Source of the DNA: an uncultured Acidimicrobiaceae bacterium
Lineage (GTDB): Bacteria > Actinomycetota > Acidimicrobiia > Acidimicrobiales > Bog-793
Reading direction: 5' to 3'
Assembly (NCBI GenBank): GCA_963849105.1
Contig: CAWKGD010000002.1
Span: 33,067-97,066, forward strand
Length of the DNA: 64,000 nt
The translations under genes and the position numbers were made by a program. Positions 39,349 to 49,886 of the stretch are shown piece by piece (position 1 is the stretch's first letter; each line of letters starts with the position of its first letter). The notes beneath the pieces are model-generated. The model saw nothing but the letters and a program-made list of their open reading frames with translations, did no database searches and was not told where the DNA came from.

Positions 39349-40575
39349 ATGAGCGACGACCGCGCGCAGCAAGCTGATCTCGCCGCCCTGCAGGGCCGCG
39401 TCGTCATCCTCGGCGTCACCGGCGGCATCGCCGCTTACAAGGTCGTCGAGGTCTGCCGCCAACTCGTCGACGCCGGCGCGACCGTCGTCCCGGTGATGAC
39501 CGAGGCGGCGACGAGTTTCGTCGGGCCGATGACCTTTTCGGCGCTTGCGTCCGAGCCGGCGCGCACCGACCTGTTCGACGCGCACGACCCGCTCGCACAC
39601 ACGCGCCTCGCGCGTCGCGCCGATCTCATCGTCGTCGCGCCGGCGACCGCAACGTTCCTGTCCCAAATCGCGCTCGGACTCGCGCCCGATCTTCTGTCCG
39701 CGACGGTGATCGCGTCGAAGGCGCCGCTTCTCGTCGCGCCGGCGATGCATGCGGAGATGTGGACGAACGACGCCGTGCGGCGCAACGTCGCCACGCTCGT
39801 CGCTCAAGGTGTGAGGTTCGTTGGACCGGATGAGGGTCGACTCGCCGGCGGCGACGAGGGACCGGGCCGTCTCTCTGCACCGGAAGTGATCGTCGCCGAG
39901 GCGGCGCGCATGTTGGGTCACGATGGCGACCTCGCCGGGGTCTCGGTGCTCGTCACGGCGGGGGGAACCCGCGAACCGATCGACCCGGTACGGGTGATCA
40001 CGAACCGCTCGTCCGGCCGGCAGGGCTACGCGATCGCGACGGCGGCACGAAACAGGGGCGCCAAAGTGACCCTCGTCTCGTCGGCTGAGCTTGCCGCGCC
40101 AGAAGGTGTCGAGGTCGTATCTGTCGAGACCGCCGCCGAGCTCGCGAGGGCCGTGTTTTCTCGGTCAGACGGCGCCGACGTCGTCGTCATGGCGGCCGCC
40201 GTCGCCGACTTCCGGCCGAAGGTCGCCGCGACCGAAAAGCTGAAAAAGCGCGACGGCCCGCCCGAGATCGTCCTCGAGCCGACCGAGGACGTCCTCAGCG
40301 AGCTTGCACGGCGGCGTCGCGGTGGCCAGACCCTCGTCGGCTTCGCAGCCGAGACTGGCGACGCGCAGAAAGAAGGCGAGCGAAAGCTCGCGGAAAAGGG
40401 CGTCGACCTCCTCGTGGTGAACGACGTCACCAGGCCCGGCGCGGGTTTTTCCCACGAGACGAATGCGGTGACGATCCTTGGACGTGACGGATCCGTCACA
40501 GAAGTTGCAACGGCGCCGAAGCCTACGATCGCGGACGCCATCCTCGATGCGGTCGCCGCCTTGCGCGGGCAGTGA
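39349..40575 (+). CDS. coaBC: phosphopantothenoylcysteine decarboxylase/ligase
   Basis: [56 protein letters not shown]. Confidence 0.96.
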   Translation: MSDDRAQQADLAALQGRVVILGVTGGIAAYKVVEVCRQLVDAGATVVPVMTEAATSFVGPMTFSALASEPARTDLFDAHDPLAHTRLARRADLIVVAPATATFLSQIALGLAPDLLSATVIASKAPLLVAPAMHAEMWTNDAVRRNVATLVAQGVRFVGPDEGRLAGGDEGPGRLSAPEVIVAEAARMLGHDGDLAGVSVLVTAGGTREPIDPVRVITNRSSGRQGYAIATAARNRGAKVTLVSSAELAAPEGVEVVSVETAAELARAVFSRSDGADVVVMAAAVADFRPKVAATEKLKKRDGPPEIVLEPTEDVLSELARRRRGGQTLVGFAAETGDAQKEGERKLAEKGVDLLVVNDVTRPGAGFSHETNAVTILGRDGSVTEVATAPKPTIADAILDAVAALRGQ

Positions 40576-40609
40576 GCGGACGAGGCGACGAGTTGAGTCA
40601 GGGGTTCGA

Positions 40610-41806
40610 GTGAGCACGCACACCTTCACATCGGAGTCGGTGACCGAGGGCCATCCGGACAAGCTGGCCGACCAGATCTCCGACGCGGTGTTGGACGCGA
40701 TCTTGGAACAGGATCCGAACGGGCGCGTCGCCTGCGAGACCTTGCTTACGACCGGGCTCGTTTGCGTTGCCGGAGAGATCTCGACGACCGGCTACGTCGA
40801 GATCCCGCGCATCGTGCGCGACACGGTCTGCAGCGTCGGCTACGACCGCGAGGAATTCGGCTTCGACGGCAACACGTGCGGCGTCATCGTCGCGATCGGC
40901 GACCAGTCCGAGGACATCGCCGTTGGCGTCGATACCTCGATCGAAGCCCGCGCCGGCGACACCGACAAACTCTCGGCGCAGGGCGCGGGCGACCAGGGGA
41001 TGATGTTCGGCTTCGCCTGCGACGAGACACCGGACTTGATGCCGCTGCCGATCTGGTTCGCGCACCTGCTCGCGAGGCGGCTCTCGGAGGTGCGCAAGGG
41101 CGGCGTCGTCCCGTACCTCCGTCCCGACGGCAAGACGCAGGTGACGATCGTCTACGACGACGGCCGCCCAGTCGCACTAAAGACGATCCTCATTTCGACC
41201 CAGCACAAGCCCGGCATCGACGCCGAATCACTGCTGCAGCCGGATCTGGAAGAACACGTTCTGCGGCCGTTGCTCACGCGGCTGCCGACGAGCTTGGACA
41301 CGAGCGACTGGAAGCTGCTCGTCAACCCGACCGGCGTCTTCGAGCTCGGCGGTCCGCGAGCCGATGCGGGGTTGACGGGCCGCAAGATCATCGTCGACAC
41401 CTACGGCGGCTCGGCGCACCACGGCGGCGGCGCCTTCTCCGGCAAAGACCCCTCGAAGGTCGACCGTTCGGCCGCCTACGCGGCGCGCTGGGTCGCGAAG
41501 CACATCGTCGCCGCCGGCGCGGCGCGCCGCTGCGAGATTCAGGTCGCCTACGCGATCGGAAGGGCGCGTCCGATCTCGATCTCGGTCGAGACCTTCGGGA
41601 CCGAGGCCTGCGACCCCGAGCGCATCGAGAAGGTGGCCGCGGAGCTCTTTGACCTGCGCCCCGCGGCGATCATCAGCGAGCTGCACCTGCGACGACCGAT
41701 CTACCGGCCCACCGCCGCCTACGGACACTTCGGGCGCAACGACAAGGACTTCACCTGGGAGGCGACCCCGAAGCTCGACGAGCTCCGCTCGGCGCTCGGG
41801 CTGTAA
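40610..41806 (+). CDS. metK: S-adenosylmethionine synthetase
   Basis: [38 protein letters not shown]. Confidence 0.98.
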   Translation: MSTHTFTSESVTEGHPDKLADQISDAVLDAILEQDPNGRVACETLLTTGLVCVAGEISTTGYVEIPRIVRDTVCSVGYDREEFGFDGNTCGVIVAIGDQSEDIAVGVDTSIEARAGDTDKLSAQGAGDQGMMFGFACDETPDLMPLPIWFAHLLARRLSEVRKGGVVPYLRPDGKTQVTIVYDDGRPVALKTILISTQHKPGIDAESLLQPDLEEHVLRPLLTRLPTSLDTSDWKLLVNPTGVFELGGPRADAGLTGRKIIVDTYGGSAHHGGGAFSGKDPSKVDRSAAYAARWVAKHIVAAGAARRCEIQVAYAIGRARPISISVETFGTEACDPERIEKVAAELFDLRPAAIISELHLRRPIYRPTAAYGHFGRNDKDFTWEATPKLDELRSALGL

Positions 41807-41812
41807 CCGGCC

Positions 41813-43621
41813 TTGAGCACGGGCGAGGACCGCTCGCCCCGCCGGATCGTGGCGGTTGTCCCCGATGTGACGGGGATCGATCGCAGCTTTTTGTATGCGG
41901 TGCCGGGCGCGTTGTCCGAGGCGATCAGCGTCGGGTCGATCGTCTGGGTGCCACTGCACGGCCGCAAGGTGCGGGGCTGGGTCGTCCACGAAGGCGGAGA
42001 GGACGAGCAGTCCGTGCGCGACCTCGATGCCGTCGTCTCGCTCGGTCCGAGCAAAGACGTCGTCGAGCTCTGCGAGCTCGGCGCCTGGCGCTACGCGGGG
42101 CGACTCCGGCCCTTCCTGCTCGCCGCCTCCCCCCCGAGGCTCGTGAACCGGCTGGCGCCGAAAAGGCGCGGCGAACGCCCGTCGCTCGTCGACGAGGTGA
42201 ACGGCGATGTCGTCTCGCTGGCGAAAGAGGCGCTCTCGCAAAAGGCGTCGGTGCTGCGGATCCCGCCATCTGGCCCACGACTCGACGTCGTCGTTGCGGC
42301 GATCGAATTCGCCGCGCCACGCGACGTGCTCGCGCTCGTTCCCGAACTCCACGACGCCGACGTGCTGGCGCGTCGGTTGAAGCGGCTGGGACTCGACGTC
42401 GCCCGCTATCCCGATGCGTGGTCCCTCGCCGCGGCGGGTGGCCGCGTCGTCGTCGGGACGCGCAGCGCGGTGTATGCGCCGATGCCGGATCTCGGTGCCA
42501 TCGTCGTCATCGACGCGCATTCCGAGTCGTACGCGGAACAACGCGCACCGACGTGGGACGCAACAACGATCGCGCGCCTGCGCGCACAGCGGGCAGGTGT
42601 GCCGTGCGTGCTCGTCAGTCCGTGTCCGCCCGTCACACACCTCAAGGGGGCACGCGTCGTCGCTTTCCCGAGAAGCGAAGAACGCGCCGGCTGGGCGCGC
42701 GTCGTCGTCTTCGACCGTCGTGAGGACGACCCGCGATCGGGATTGTTCTCGCCCAAGCTCGCCGAGACGATCCGCTCCGAGCGCCTGCGCGCCCCTGGTC
42801 GCCCCTTTGTCTGTCTCCTCAATCGCAAAGGTCGGGCGCGCCTTTTGGTGTGTACGCGCTGTGAGGAGATCGCGCGCTGTGAACGCTGCGGTGCCGCGGT
42901 CCACGAGCGCCTCGACGAGACGACGCAAACTGGCGAGCTTCACTGCGAATTGTGTCGACTGACGCGTCCCGTCATCTGCGCGAACTGCTCGTCGACCGCG
43001 CTCGCTCGACGCCGTCTCGGTACCGAGCGGGTCGCCGAGGAACTGGCCGCCCTTATCGGCGAGCGGGTGGCCGAGGTCACCGGGGATCGCAGCGAGTTCG
43101 ACCTCGACGGGGCCGGAGTGATCGTCGGCACCGAAGCCGCGCTGCACCGCGTGCGGGTGGCGTCATCGGTCTGCTTCTTGGACTTCGACCAGGAGATCGT
43201 CGCGCCGCGCTTTCGTGCCTACGAGGAGGCGTTCGCTCTGTTGGCGCGGGCGAGTCGGCTCGTCGGCTGGCGCAGCGGAGATCCGACCGACACCGGCTCG
43301 GTGTTCGTGCAGACGCGACTTCCCGGACACGAGGTGCTCGTCGCGGCGGTGAACGGAGACCCGGCGGCGCTTGCGAAAAGTGAGATGGCGCGCCGCGAGG
43401 CTCTCGGCCTTCCTCCGGCCCGCGCCCTCGCGACGATCGAGGGCGACGAGGAGGGTGCAGTTCGCGCCGGCCTGGTCGAACGCGGGATCGACGTCGGCGA
43501 GCTGGCCGATGGCCGCTTGCTTGCCCGCGCCGGCAGTTCGGCGGATCTCGCCGAGGCGCTGGCGCTGGCTGGACTGCCAAAAGAAGGCGTGCGCGTCGTC
43601 GTCGATCCCCTGCGGCTTTGA
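41813..43621 (+). CDS. priA: primosomal protein N' (short, helicase-degenerate form)
   Basis: N-terminal 3'-DNA-binding region, VVVGTRSAV.AP, Cys pairs (CTRC, CERC, CELC, CANC), GTERVAEEL, VQTR, VVDP; follows metK. Confidence 0.85.
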   Translation: MSTGEDRSPRRIVAVVPDVTGIDRSFLYAVPGALSEAISVGSIVWVPLHGRKVRGWVVHEGGEDEQSVRDLDAVVSLGPSKDVVELCELGAWRYAGRLRPFLLAASPPRLVNRLAPKRRGERPSLVDEVNGDVVSLAKEALSQKASVLRIPPSGPRLDVVVAAIEFAAPRDVLALVPELHDADVLARRLKRLGLDVARYPDAWSLAAAGGRVVVGTRSAVYAPMPDLGAIVVIDAHSESYAEQRAPTWDATTIARLRAQRAGVPCVLVSPCPPVTHLKGARVVAFPRSEERAGWARVVVFDRREDDPRSGLFSPKLAETIRSERLRAPGRPFVCLLNRKGRARLLVCTRCEEIARCERCGAAVHERLDETTQTGELHCELCRLTRPVICANCSSTALARRRLGTERVAEELAALIGERVAEVTGDRSEFDLDGAGVIVGTEAALHRVRVASSVCFLDFDQEIVAPRFRAYEEAFALLARASRLVGWRSGDPTDTGSVFVQTRLPGHEVLVAAVNGDPAALAKSEMARREALGLPPARALATIEGDEEGAVRAGLVERGIDVGELADGRLLARAGSSADLAEALALAGLPKEGVRVVVDPLRL

Positions 43622-44301
43622 GCGGCGGGCAAGCGGGAGCGCAACGCCTGTCGTCGCGCGGTGTTCTTTTCCCTGTGGCGACAGCTCCGACAGACGCCGC
43701 TTTGGACGACGCGCTCGTCGCGTCGATGATCTCCGACATCGACGCCGGCTTCGCGCGTCTCGTCGAGCACTACGCGCCGGTCGTGATCTCGGTCGCCGGC
43801 CGAGTCTCGGGTCGCGCCGATGACGCGGAGGACCTCGCCGCCGAGACGTTCTTCCGTGCCTATCGCGCGCTGCGCTCCTACAGCGACAAACGCCTCTCGG
43901 AACTGCGGGTGCGGCCCTGGCTCGTCACGATCACGCTCAACCTGGCTCGCAACGCGGCGCGCGACCGTTCGAGACGACCACAAGAGAGCGCCATCACCGA
44001 GGTTGGCGAGCCACGATCGCCCTGGCGCGAGCCGTCGGAGCTCGCACTCGCCACCTCCGAACATGACGACCTCGCCCATCGGCTGTCGTCCTTGTCGGCG
44101 AACGAGCGGGCGGCGGTCGTTCTGCGACATGTCGTCGAGATGCCGGTCGCCGAGATCGCCGAAGTGCTCGGCTGCAAGGAAGTGACCGCCCGCTCGCATA
44201 TCGCGCGCGGCCTTGCCCATCTGCGAGCCTCGTACGACAACGAGCGGACGGTCGAGAAAGAAACCCGCCGCGCTCTTGCGCGCAGAGGAGGTGAACGATG
44301 A
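43618..44301 (+). CDS. ECF-type RNA polymerase sigma-70 factor
   Basis: Region 2 DAEDLAAETFFRAY...WL.TI.LNLARN; region 4 ERAAVVLRH..EMPVAEIAEVLG..TARSHIARG. Confidence 0.92.
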   Translation: MSGGQAGAQRLSSRGVLFPVATAPTDAALDDALVASMISDIDAGFARLVEHYAPVVISVAGRVSGRADDAEDLAAETFFRAYRALRSYSDKRLSELRVRPWLVTITLNLARNAARDRSRRPQESAITEVGEPRSPWREPSELALATSEHDDLAHRLSSLSANERAAVVLRHVVEMPVAEIAEVLGCKEVTARSHIARGLAHLRASYDNERTVEKETRRALARRGGER

Positions 44302-45071
44302 GTCCTCGTCATCCAGAGGCGCTCGAGGATCGTCTGGGCGCGTTGAAGCTCGCGCCGTCGAGCGGGTTCATCGAGCGCGTCGTCGCGCACTGGGCGATCG
44401 TGCCGTCGGCGATCGGTGATGTCTTCGTCTCCTGGACGACAGAGGGGATCTGCGCCGTCGACTCCGCACGCGCCGGGACCGACGCCGCAGGATTTGTCGA
44501 GTCGGTGCGGGCGCGACTCGATCAACCGTTGCTGCGAGCCGAACAGGCGCCCCCGGGCGTCGCCGCCGCGGCGAAGAGTGGCAAGGCGACCCAGCTCCGC
44601 TTCGATCTGCGCGGCCTGACGCCGTTCGAGGCCGACGTGTTGCAGGCGACGCGCCGCATCCCGCCCGGGGAGATCCGCCCGTACGCGTGGGTGGCGGCCG
44701 AGATCGGCCGGCCGAGGGCCGTACGCGCCGTCGGGTCGGCGCTCGGTCGCAATCCGGTGCCCATCCTCATCCCCTGCCACCGCGTCACGCGCTCGGACGG
44801 GGCGGTCGGCAACTACGGCGGCGGGCCAGACATGAAAGAGGAGCTCCTGCGATTGGAGAAGGTGAACCTCGACGAGGTGATCGACCTCGCCAGCCACGGC
44901 ATCCACTTCGTCGGCAACACCTCGACGAAGTTCGTCTGCTTTCCTTCGTGCTTCGGCATCCGCCGTTCAAAGCGCGAGAACCGCGTCGGCTTCCGGTCAG
45001 TCGGGGACGCCCTCGAAGAGGGGTACCGACCGTGCGGCCATTGTCGTCCGGCGCTGTCGCTCAGCGCTTAA
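44298..45071 (+). CDS. ogt: methylated-DNA--protein-cysteine methyltransferase with C-terminal Ada Zn-binding domain
   Basis: IPPGEIRPY, RAVGSALGRNPVPILIPCHRV; C-terminal CFPSC...GYRPCGHCRP. Confidence 0.9.
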   Translation: MSPRHPEALEDRLGALKLAPSSGFIERVVAHWAIVPSAIGDVFVSWTTEGICAVDSARAGTDAAGFVESVRARLDQPLLRAEQAPPGVAAAAKSGKATQLRFDLRGLTPFEADVLQATRRIPPGEIRPYAWVAAEIGRPRAVRAVGSALGRNPVPILIPCHRVTRSDGAVGNYGGGPDMKEELLRLEKVNLDEVIDLASHGIHFVGNTSTKFVCFPSCFGIRRSKRENRVGFRSVGDALEEGYRPCGHCRPALSLSA

Positions 45072-45234
45072 AGGGCGGTTCGAGAATCGCTCAGAGCGTC
45101 GCCGGGCGGGCGACGTGCTTTCGAGTCCGACATCGATGTGCATCGGCGCATCTTCGTCGTTTGTACCTTGACGCGTCGGCTGTCTTTCCGGCCTCGGCTC
45201 CGCCGCCCGAGAGATCGGATGCGACACTTTCAAG

Positions 45235-46119
45235 ATGCGCGTTCACTTGCTCGACGGCACCTACGAGCTCTTCCGGCAGTTCTTCGGGCAACCCTCGAGG
45301 GCCGCGCTCGACGGCCACGAGATCGGCGCTGCGCGGGGCGTCGTCCTCTCGGTCCTCGTCATGCTGGAGAGGGGCGACACCTATCTCGGCGTGGCCACGG
45401 ACCACGTCATCGAGTCGTTCCGCAACGAGCTGTGGCCGGGGTACAAGACCGGGGAGGGCATCGCCGCGGAACTGCGCTCGCAGTTCGAGATCCTCGAGGG
45501 GGCGCTCTCCGCCCTCGGCGTCACCGTGTGGCCGATGGTCGAGCTCGAAGCCGACGACGCCTTGGCGTCGGCGGCTTCAGTCGCGGCGCGCGACTCGAGG
45601 GTCGAAAAGGTCGTGATCTACACGCCCGACAAGGACCTCGCGCAGTGCGTCGAGGGTGAGCGCGTCGTGCAGCTCGACCGGCGGACGAACACGGTGCGCG
45701 ACGAGGCGGGCGTCTGGGCGAAGTTCGGCGTCGCGCCGCGCTCAATCCCCGATTGGCTCGCGCTCGTCGGGGATTCCGCCGACGGTTTCCCCGGCCTCAA
45801 GGGGTGGGGGCCGCGTGCCGCCTCCGCCGTGCTCTCGCACTACGGCGCGCTCGGCAATGTGCCAGACGAGATCGCTGACTGGGACCCGGCGGTTCGACGC
45901 GCGGTGCGCGGCGCGCAGCGGCTCGCCGACACGCTCGCCCGCCAGCGTGAGCTGGCCGAGCTGTTCTGTGACCTCGCGACGCTGCGCGTCGACTCCGCGC
46001 TGCTCCGCGACGTCGCGACACTGCGCTGGCGGGGCCCGACGAAGGACTTCGACGAAACCTGCCGGCAGTTTCGCGATCCTTCGCTCGCGGCGCGCGTCAG
46101 CGCGCTCGCTCCCGGCTGA
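45235..46119 (+). CDS. stand-alone 5'-3' exonuclease / flap endonuclease
   Basis: LLDGTYELFR, SFRNELWPGYK, EADDALAS, TPDKDLAQ, ALVGDSADGFPG..GWG (H3TH). Confidence 0.9.
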   Translation: MRVHLLDGTYELFRQFFGQPSRAALDGHEIGAARGVVLSVLVMLERGDTYLGVATDHVIESFRNELWPGYKTGEGIAAELRSQFEILEGALSALGVTVWPMVELEADDALASAASVAARDSRVEKVVIYTPDKDLAQCVEGERVVQLDRRTNTVRDEAGVWAKFGVAPRSIPDWLALVGDSADGFPGLKGWGPRAASAVLSHYGALGNVPDEIADWDPAVRRAVRGAQRLADTLARQRELAELFCDLATLRVDSALLRDVATLRWRGPTKDFDETCRQFRDPSLAARVSALAPG

Positions 46120-46127
46120 GGAAGCGC

Positions 46128-47189
46128 TCAGCCCGACGTGCCGAAGACCTCTCGCAGCTCGCTCGGGACCGGGGTGTCGAGCTGCTCGTAAGTGCAGGAG
46201 GAGGCCGCGCGGTCCGGGCGCCAGCGAGAAAAGGTCGTCGCGTGGCGGAACCGGTCGCCCTGCAGGTGGTCGTAGGCGACCTCGGCGACGAGCTCGGGTC
46301 GAAGGGGTTCCCAGCTCAGGTCCTTGCCGGCGCTCCAACGGCTCTGGCCCCCTGGCACGCGCCCCTCCGGTGTCCCCTCGGCGAGCCAGACGTGATGCAC
46401 GGTGGCCCGTTTGCGATAGGGCTCGAGCAGTTCGACGAATTCCCTTCTCCGGGCGGTGCTGAACCCCGAGGCGACGCCGACGTGGTGCAGAAAACCGCCG
46501 GCGTCGAATAGGCCGAGCAAAAGCGAGCCGACTCCGCCGCCGTCCTTGTGGAATCGGAACCCGCCGACGACGCAGTCCGCCGTTCGCTCGTGCTTCACCT
46601 TCAGCATCACGCGTTTGTCGGCCTCGTAGTGCAACGTGGCGGACTTCACGACCACCCCGTCGAGACCCGCTCCTTCGAAGCGCGTGAACCAGTCGCGGGC
46701 GATCTCGGGGCTCGTCGTCACCGGTGTGAGGTGGATCGGAGGTTCCGCGCGGGCGAGCACCTTTTCAAGGGTGACCCGCCGCGAGGCGTACGGCTCGCCG
46801 CGAAGATCCGCGTCCCCGAGAGCGAGCACGTCGAAAGCGACGAACGAGGCGGGGGTCGTCTCCGAAAGCAGCTTGATCCGCGACGCCGCGGGATGGATCC
46901 GTTGCGACAGCGCGTCGAAATCGAGGCCGGTCGGTCCGGCGACCACGACCTCGCCGTCGAGAACGCAGCTGTCGGGAACGTTCGCCCGCAGCGCTTCGAC
47001 GAGTTCGGGGAAGTATCTCGTCAGGGGCTTCTCGTTGCGGCTACCGAGGACGATGTCCTCGCTGTCGCGAAAGACGATGCACCGGAAACCGTCCCACTTC
47101 GGTTCGTAAAAGAGGCCCTCTCCTTCGGGGAGGTCACGGGAGAGCTTGGCCAGCATCGGCGCAACGGGCGGAACCACCGGGAGCGCCAC
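46128..47189 (-). CDS. ligC: ATP-dependent DNA ligase, LigC type
   Basis: PMLAK, YEPKWDGFR, LDGEVV, FVAFDVL, GLDGVVVK, KVKHERTADCVV, RFRH..F.RWRPD. Confidence 0.93.
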   Translation of the reverse strand: MALPVVPPVAPMLAKLSRDLPEGEGLFYEPKWDGFRCIVFRDSEDIVLGSRNEKPLTRYFPELVEALRANVPDSCVLDGEVVVAGPTGLDFDALSQRIHPAASRIKLLSETTPASFVAFDVLALGDADLRGEPYASRRVTLEKVLARAEPPIHLTPVTTSPEIARDWFTRFEGAGLDGVVVKSATLHYEADKRVMLKVKHERTADCVVGGFRFHKDGGGVGSLLLGLFDAGGFLHHVGVASGFSTARRREFVELLEPYRKRATVHHVWLAEGTPEGRVPGGQSRWSAGKDLSWEPLRPELVAEVAYDHLQGDRFRHATTFSRWRPDRAASSCTYEQLDTPVPSELREVFGTSG

Positions 47190-47228
47190 CGGCTCATCGT
47201 AGGCCGGCGGCGGATGACAACTGGCTGG

Positions 47229-48242
47229 TCAGGAGGCGTGGCTCGCCGTCCAGTCGAGGAACTCGTCCATCGGCCGGGTGTTCACGATCCGGTTCGGTGG
47301 GACGCGCGCTTCGACCGCCTTCTCGCAGCCGTGCCACTGCCATTCGAGCTGTCCCGGAGCGTGGCCGTCTGTATCAATGACGAAGTCACAGCCGAGAGAG
47401 AGCGCCATTCCGAGCAACTCCTCGGGAGGGTCGAGGCGTTCGGGCCGCGAGTTGATCTCGACGGCGGTGCCGGTCGCGGCGCACATCGCGAAGACCGCCC
47501 CGGCGTCAAAGAGCGACGGCGGCCGGCCGCGTTCGGTGAGGAGCCGACCGGTGCAGTGCCCAAGAACGTCGGTGTGCGGGTTCGCGACCGCCGCCAGCAT
47601 GCGCCTGGTCATCGGCGCCCGCTCCATGCGCAGTTTCGAGTGGACGCTCGCCACGACGACGTCGAGTTCGGCGAGGAGCCCCTCATCCTGATCGAGCGAC
47701 CCGTCGTCCAAGATGTCGACTTCGATGCCGGTGAGAATGCGGAACGGCGAGAGCTCGTCGTTCAGCGCGGAGATGACATCGAGCTGTTCGCGGAGCCGCT
47801 CGGCGCTCAGACCGTGGGCGATGGTCAGGCGCGGGCTGTGGTCGGTGAGCGCCCAGTAGCGGTGCCCGAGGTCCCTGGCCGTCTCGGCCATCTCGCGGAT
47901 CGGGCTTCCCCCGTCGGACCAGTCCGAGTGGCTGTGACAGTCACCTTGTAGGCGATCGCGCAATCTCGCGGCAGCGTCGCTGATGGCGGGCGGCGGGCGC
48001 GCCTCGAGCTGGGCGAGGTACTCCGGCGTACCGCCGCCGAGCGCCGTGGCGATGACCTTGGCGCTCGTCGCGCCGACACGGGGGATCTCTGTCAGCTGTC
48101 GAGGGGAAAGCTTCTCGAGCTCGGTGGGAGGGATCGCTTCGATGGCGGCCGCGGCGTTGCGGAAGGCGCGCACTTTGTAGGTCTCGGCGCCGTCGCGCTC
48201 CAGCAGGTACGCGATGCGGCGCAGCGCAGTTCGCGGCTCCAC
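47229..48242 (-). CDS. PHP-domain protein with PolX-like N-terminal HhH domain
   Basis: [15 protein letters not shown] HhH; [44 protein letters not shown]. Confidence 0.88.
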   Translation of the reverse strand: MEPRTALRRIAYLLERDGAETYKVRAFRNAAAAIEAIPPTELEKLSPRQLTEIPRVGATSAKVIATALGGGTPEYLAQLEARPPPAISDAAARLRDRLQGDCHSHSDWSDGGSPIREMAETARDLGHRYWALTDHSPRLTIAHGLSAERLREQLDVISALNDELSPFRILTGIEVDILDDGSLDQDEGLLAELDVVVASVHSKLRMERAPMTRRMLAAVANPHTDVLGHCTGRLLTERGRPPSLFDAGAVFAMCAATGTAVEINSRPERLDPPEELLGMALSLGCDFVIDTDGHAPGQLEWQWHGCEKAVEARVPPNRIVNTRPMDEFLDWTASHAS

Positions 48243-48245
48243 GGG

Positions 48246-49256
48246 TCAGGCGCGCCGCGCCCTGCTCGGCGCGACCCGCGCTGGCTCGTCGGGTTGCTTC
48301 GGATACTGCGGCGGCCAGGGCGCGTCGTGCAACCCGTTCGCCTTGTCCCGCGCCGCGAGGTCCAACAGCGGTTGCAGCGACTGCTGCTGATCAGCGATCT
48401 GGGACCAAGGATCTCCCCGCCGGGCGAGGAGTTCCGGCACCGTCCGGATCGTCAACTTCTCCGGCTCGACGTCGTCGACCTCGTCCCAGGCAAGTGGCGT
48501 CGAGACCTGACCGCCGACGCGCGGGCGCGCGAACCACGCGCCAAAGACCGTCTTGTGGGGCGCGTTCTGGTTGAAATCGACGAAGACCCGTTGTCCGCGC
48601 TCTTCTTTCCACCAGTTGGCGGTGATCTCGTCCGGATAGCGACGCTCGAGCTCGCGGGCGAGCGCCAACGCAGCGGCCCGAACCTCGTAGCTGTCCCAGC
48701 GCGGTTCGAGGCGGACATAGACGTGCAGCCCGCGGTTTCCCGTCGTCTTCGGATGTCCGGCGACGCCGAGCTCGTCGAGCAGCTCATGCACGTGACGGGC
48801 GGCGACGCGGACGTCGTCGAACGAGATGCCGGGCTGCGGGTCGAGATCGATGCGGAGCTCGTCGCAGTGTGCCGGGTCGTCGGCTCGATAGGGCCAGAGG
48901 TGCAGGCCGAGGCAGCCGAGGTTCACGGCCCAAACGACATGCGCGATGTCCGCGACGACGAGCGCGTTCGACATCGTGCCGTTCGGGGTGTTCACGACGG
49001 TGGTTTCGAGCCAGTCCGGAGCGTGAGAGGGGACCCGCTTTTGGAAAAAGGACTTCCCGCCGGCGCCATCGGGAAAGCGCTCGAGCAGGGCCGGGCGACC
49101 TCGAGCGGTGTTCAACAACGCCGTCGCGACCTCGAGGTAGTACGAGACGAGCTCGAGTTTCGTGGCGCCGAGTGCGGGGAAGTAGACCTTGTCCGGGCTC
49201 GAGATCTCGACGGCGCGACCTGCAGCTTCGACGACCCGGGCGCTGGCTGCCACCAC
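48246..49256 (-). CDS. LigD-type primase-polymerase (Prim-PolC-like)
   Basis: [14 protein letters not shown]...[47 protein letters not shown]. Confidence 0.92.
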   Translation of the reverse strand: MVAASARVVEAAGRAVEISSPDKVYFPALGATKLELVSYYLEVATALLNTARGRPALLERFPDGAGGKSFFQKRVPSHAPDWLETTVVNTPNGTMSNALVVADIAHVVWAVNLGCLGLHLWPYRADDPAHCDELRIDLDPQPGISFDDVRVAARHVHELLDELGVAGHPKTTGNRGLHVYVRLEPRWDSYEVRAAALALARELERRYPDEITANWWKEERGQRVFVDFNQNAPHKTVFGAWFARPRVGGQVSTPLAWDEVDDVEPEKLTIRTVPELLARRGDPWSQIADQQQSLQPLLDLAARDKANGLHDAPWPPQYPKQPDEPARVAPSRARRA

Positions 49257-49427
49257 GCCGCAACGATAGGTGGTTCGTCGAATTGGGCCCCGGGCCGATG
49301 GAGAGTGAGATTTCGCCTGATAGCCTGCATTTGTCGGAATTCGCCGGCAGCGGCGCGCGGCCGTGATTCGGTTGGATCCCAAAGCCGCAGGCGCCGAGGA
49401 CGAGAGCTTTCGAGGATTCGCACACCC

Positions 49428-49685
49428 ATGCCCGATCACCAGGCGACGATCGCCGAGTACCGGCAGCACGAGACCGATACGGGTTCACCCGAGGTCCAGG
49501 TCGCCATACTCTCCGAGCGCATCAACGCCCTGACCGAGCACCTGAAAGTGCACCGTGGGGACCACCACACCCGCCGCGGGCTGATGAAGCTCATCGGGCG
49601 GCGCCGTCGCCTCCTCGACTACGTGCGGGGAAACGACGTCGAGCGTTACCGGTCGCTGATCGCGCGCCTCGGCATCCGCCGCTAG
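49428..49685 (+). CDS. rpsO: 30S ribosomal protein S15
   Basis: [45 protein letters not shown]. Confidence 0.97.
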   Translation: MPDHQATIAEYRQHETDTGSPEVQVAILSERINALTEHLKVHRGDHHTRRGLMKLIGRRRRLLDYVRGNDVERYRSLIARLGIRR

Positions 49686-49783
49686 CAGCACGCGCCGCCG
49701 GGCGGAGGCCTGCGCGGCGATCGGGGCCGAATCCCCGAACAAACGGCCGCTCCCGTGATCCCACGGGTGCGTTGACATAACCA

Positions 49784-49868
49784 CGGGCGCCCTGCGCGCC
49801 AGCTGCCAGTCGTCGGGTCCTCGGTGATCCGGGTGCTCGACGACTGGGAACTGGCCGGGTTGGTGCCC
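49784..49868 (+). promoter_or_regulatory. long pnp 5' leader hairpin (possible RNase III site / Actino-pnp-like RNA)
   Basis: Perfect stem CCAGTCGTCG (49806-49815) / CGACGACTGG (49838-49847), extended by GCCAG/CTGGC; loop contains GGTCCTCGGT. Confidence 0.6.
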
Positions 49869-49886
49869 CAGGCACCTAGGAGTGAC

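Noticed and set aside
40576-40609. SAM riboswitch before metK
   Set aside because: Only 34 nt of intergenic space and no recognisable consensus.
48294-49427. 463-aa ORF that seems to give S15 a long N-terminal extension
   Set aside because: The extension is the antisense shadow of Prim-PolC; S15 homology begins at ATG 49428.
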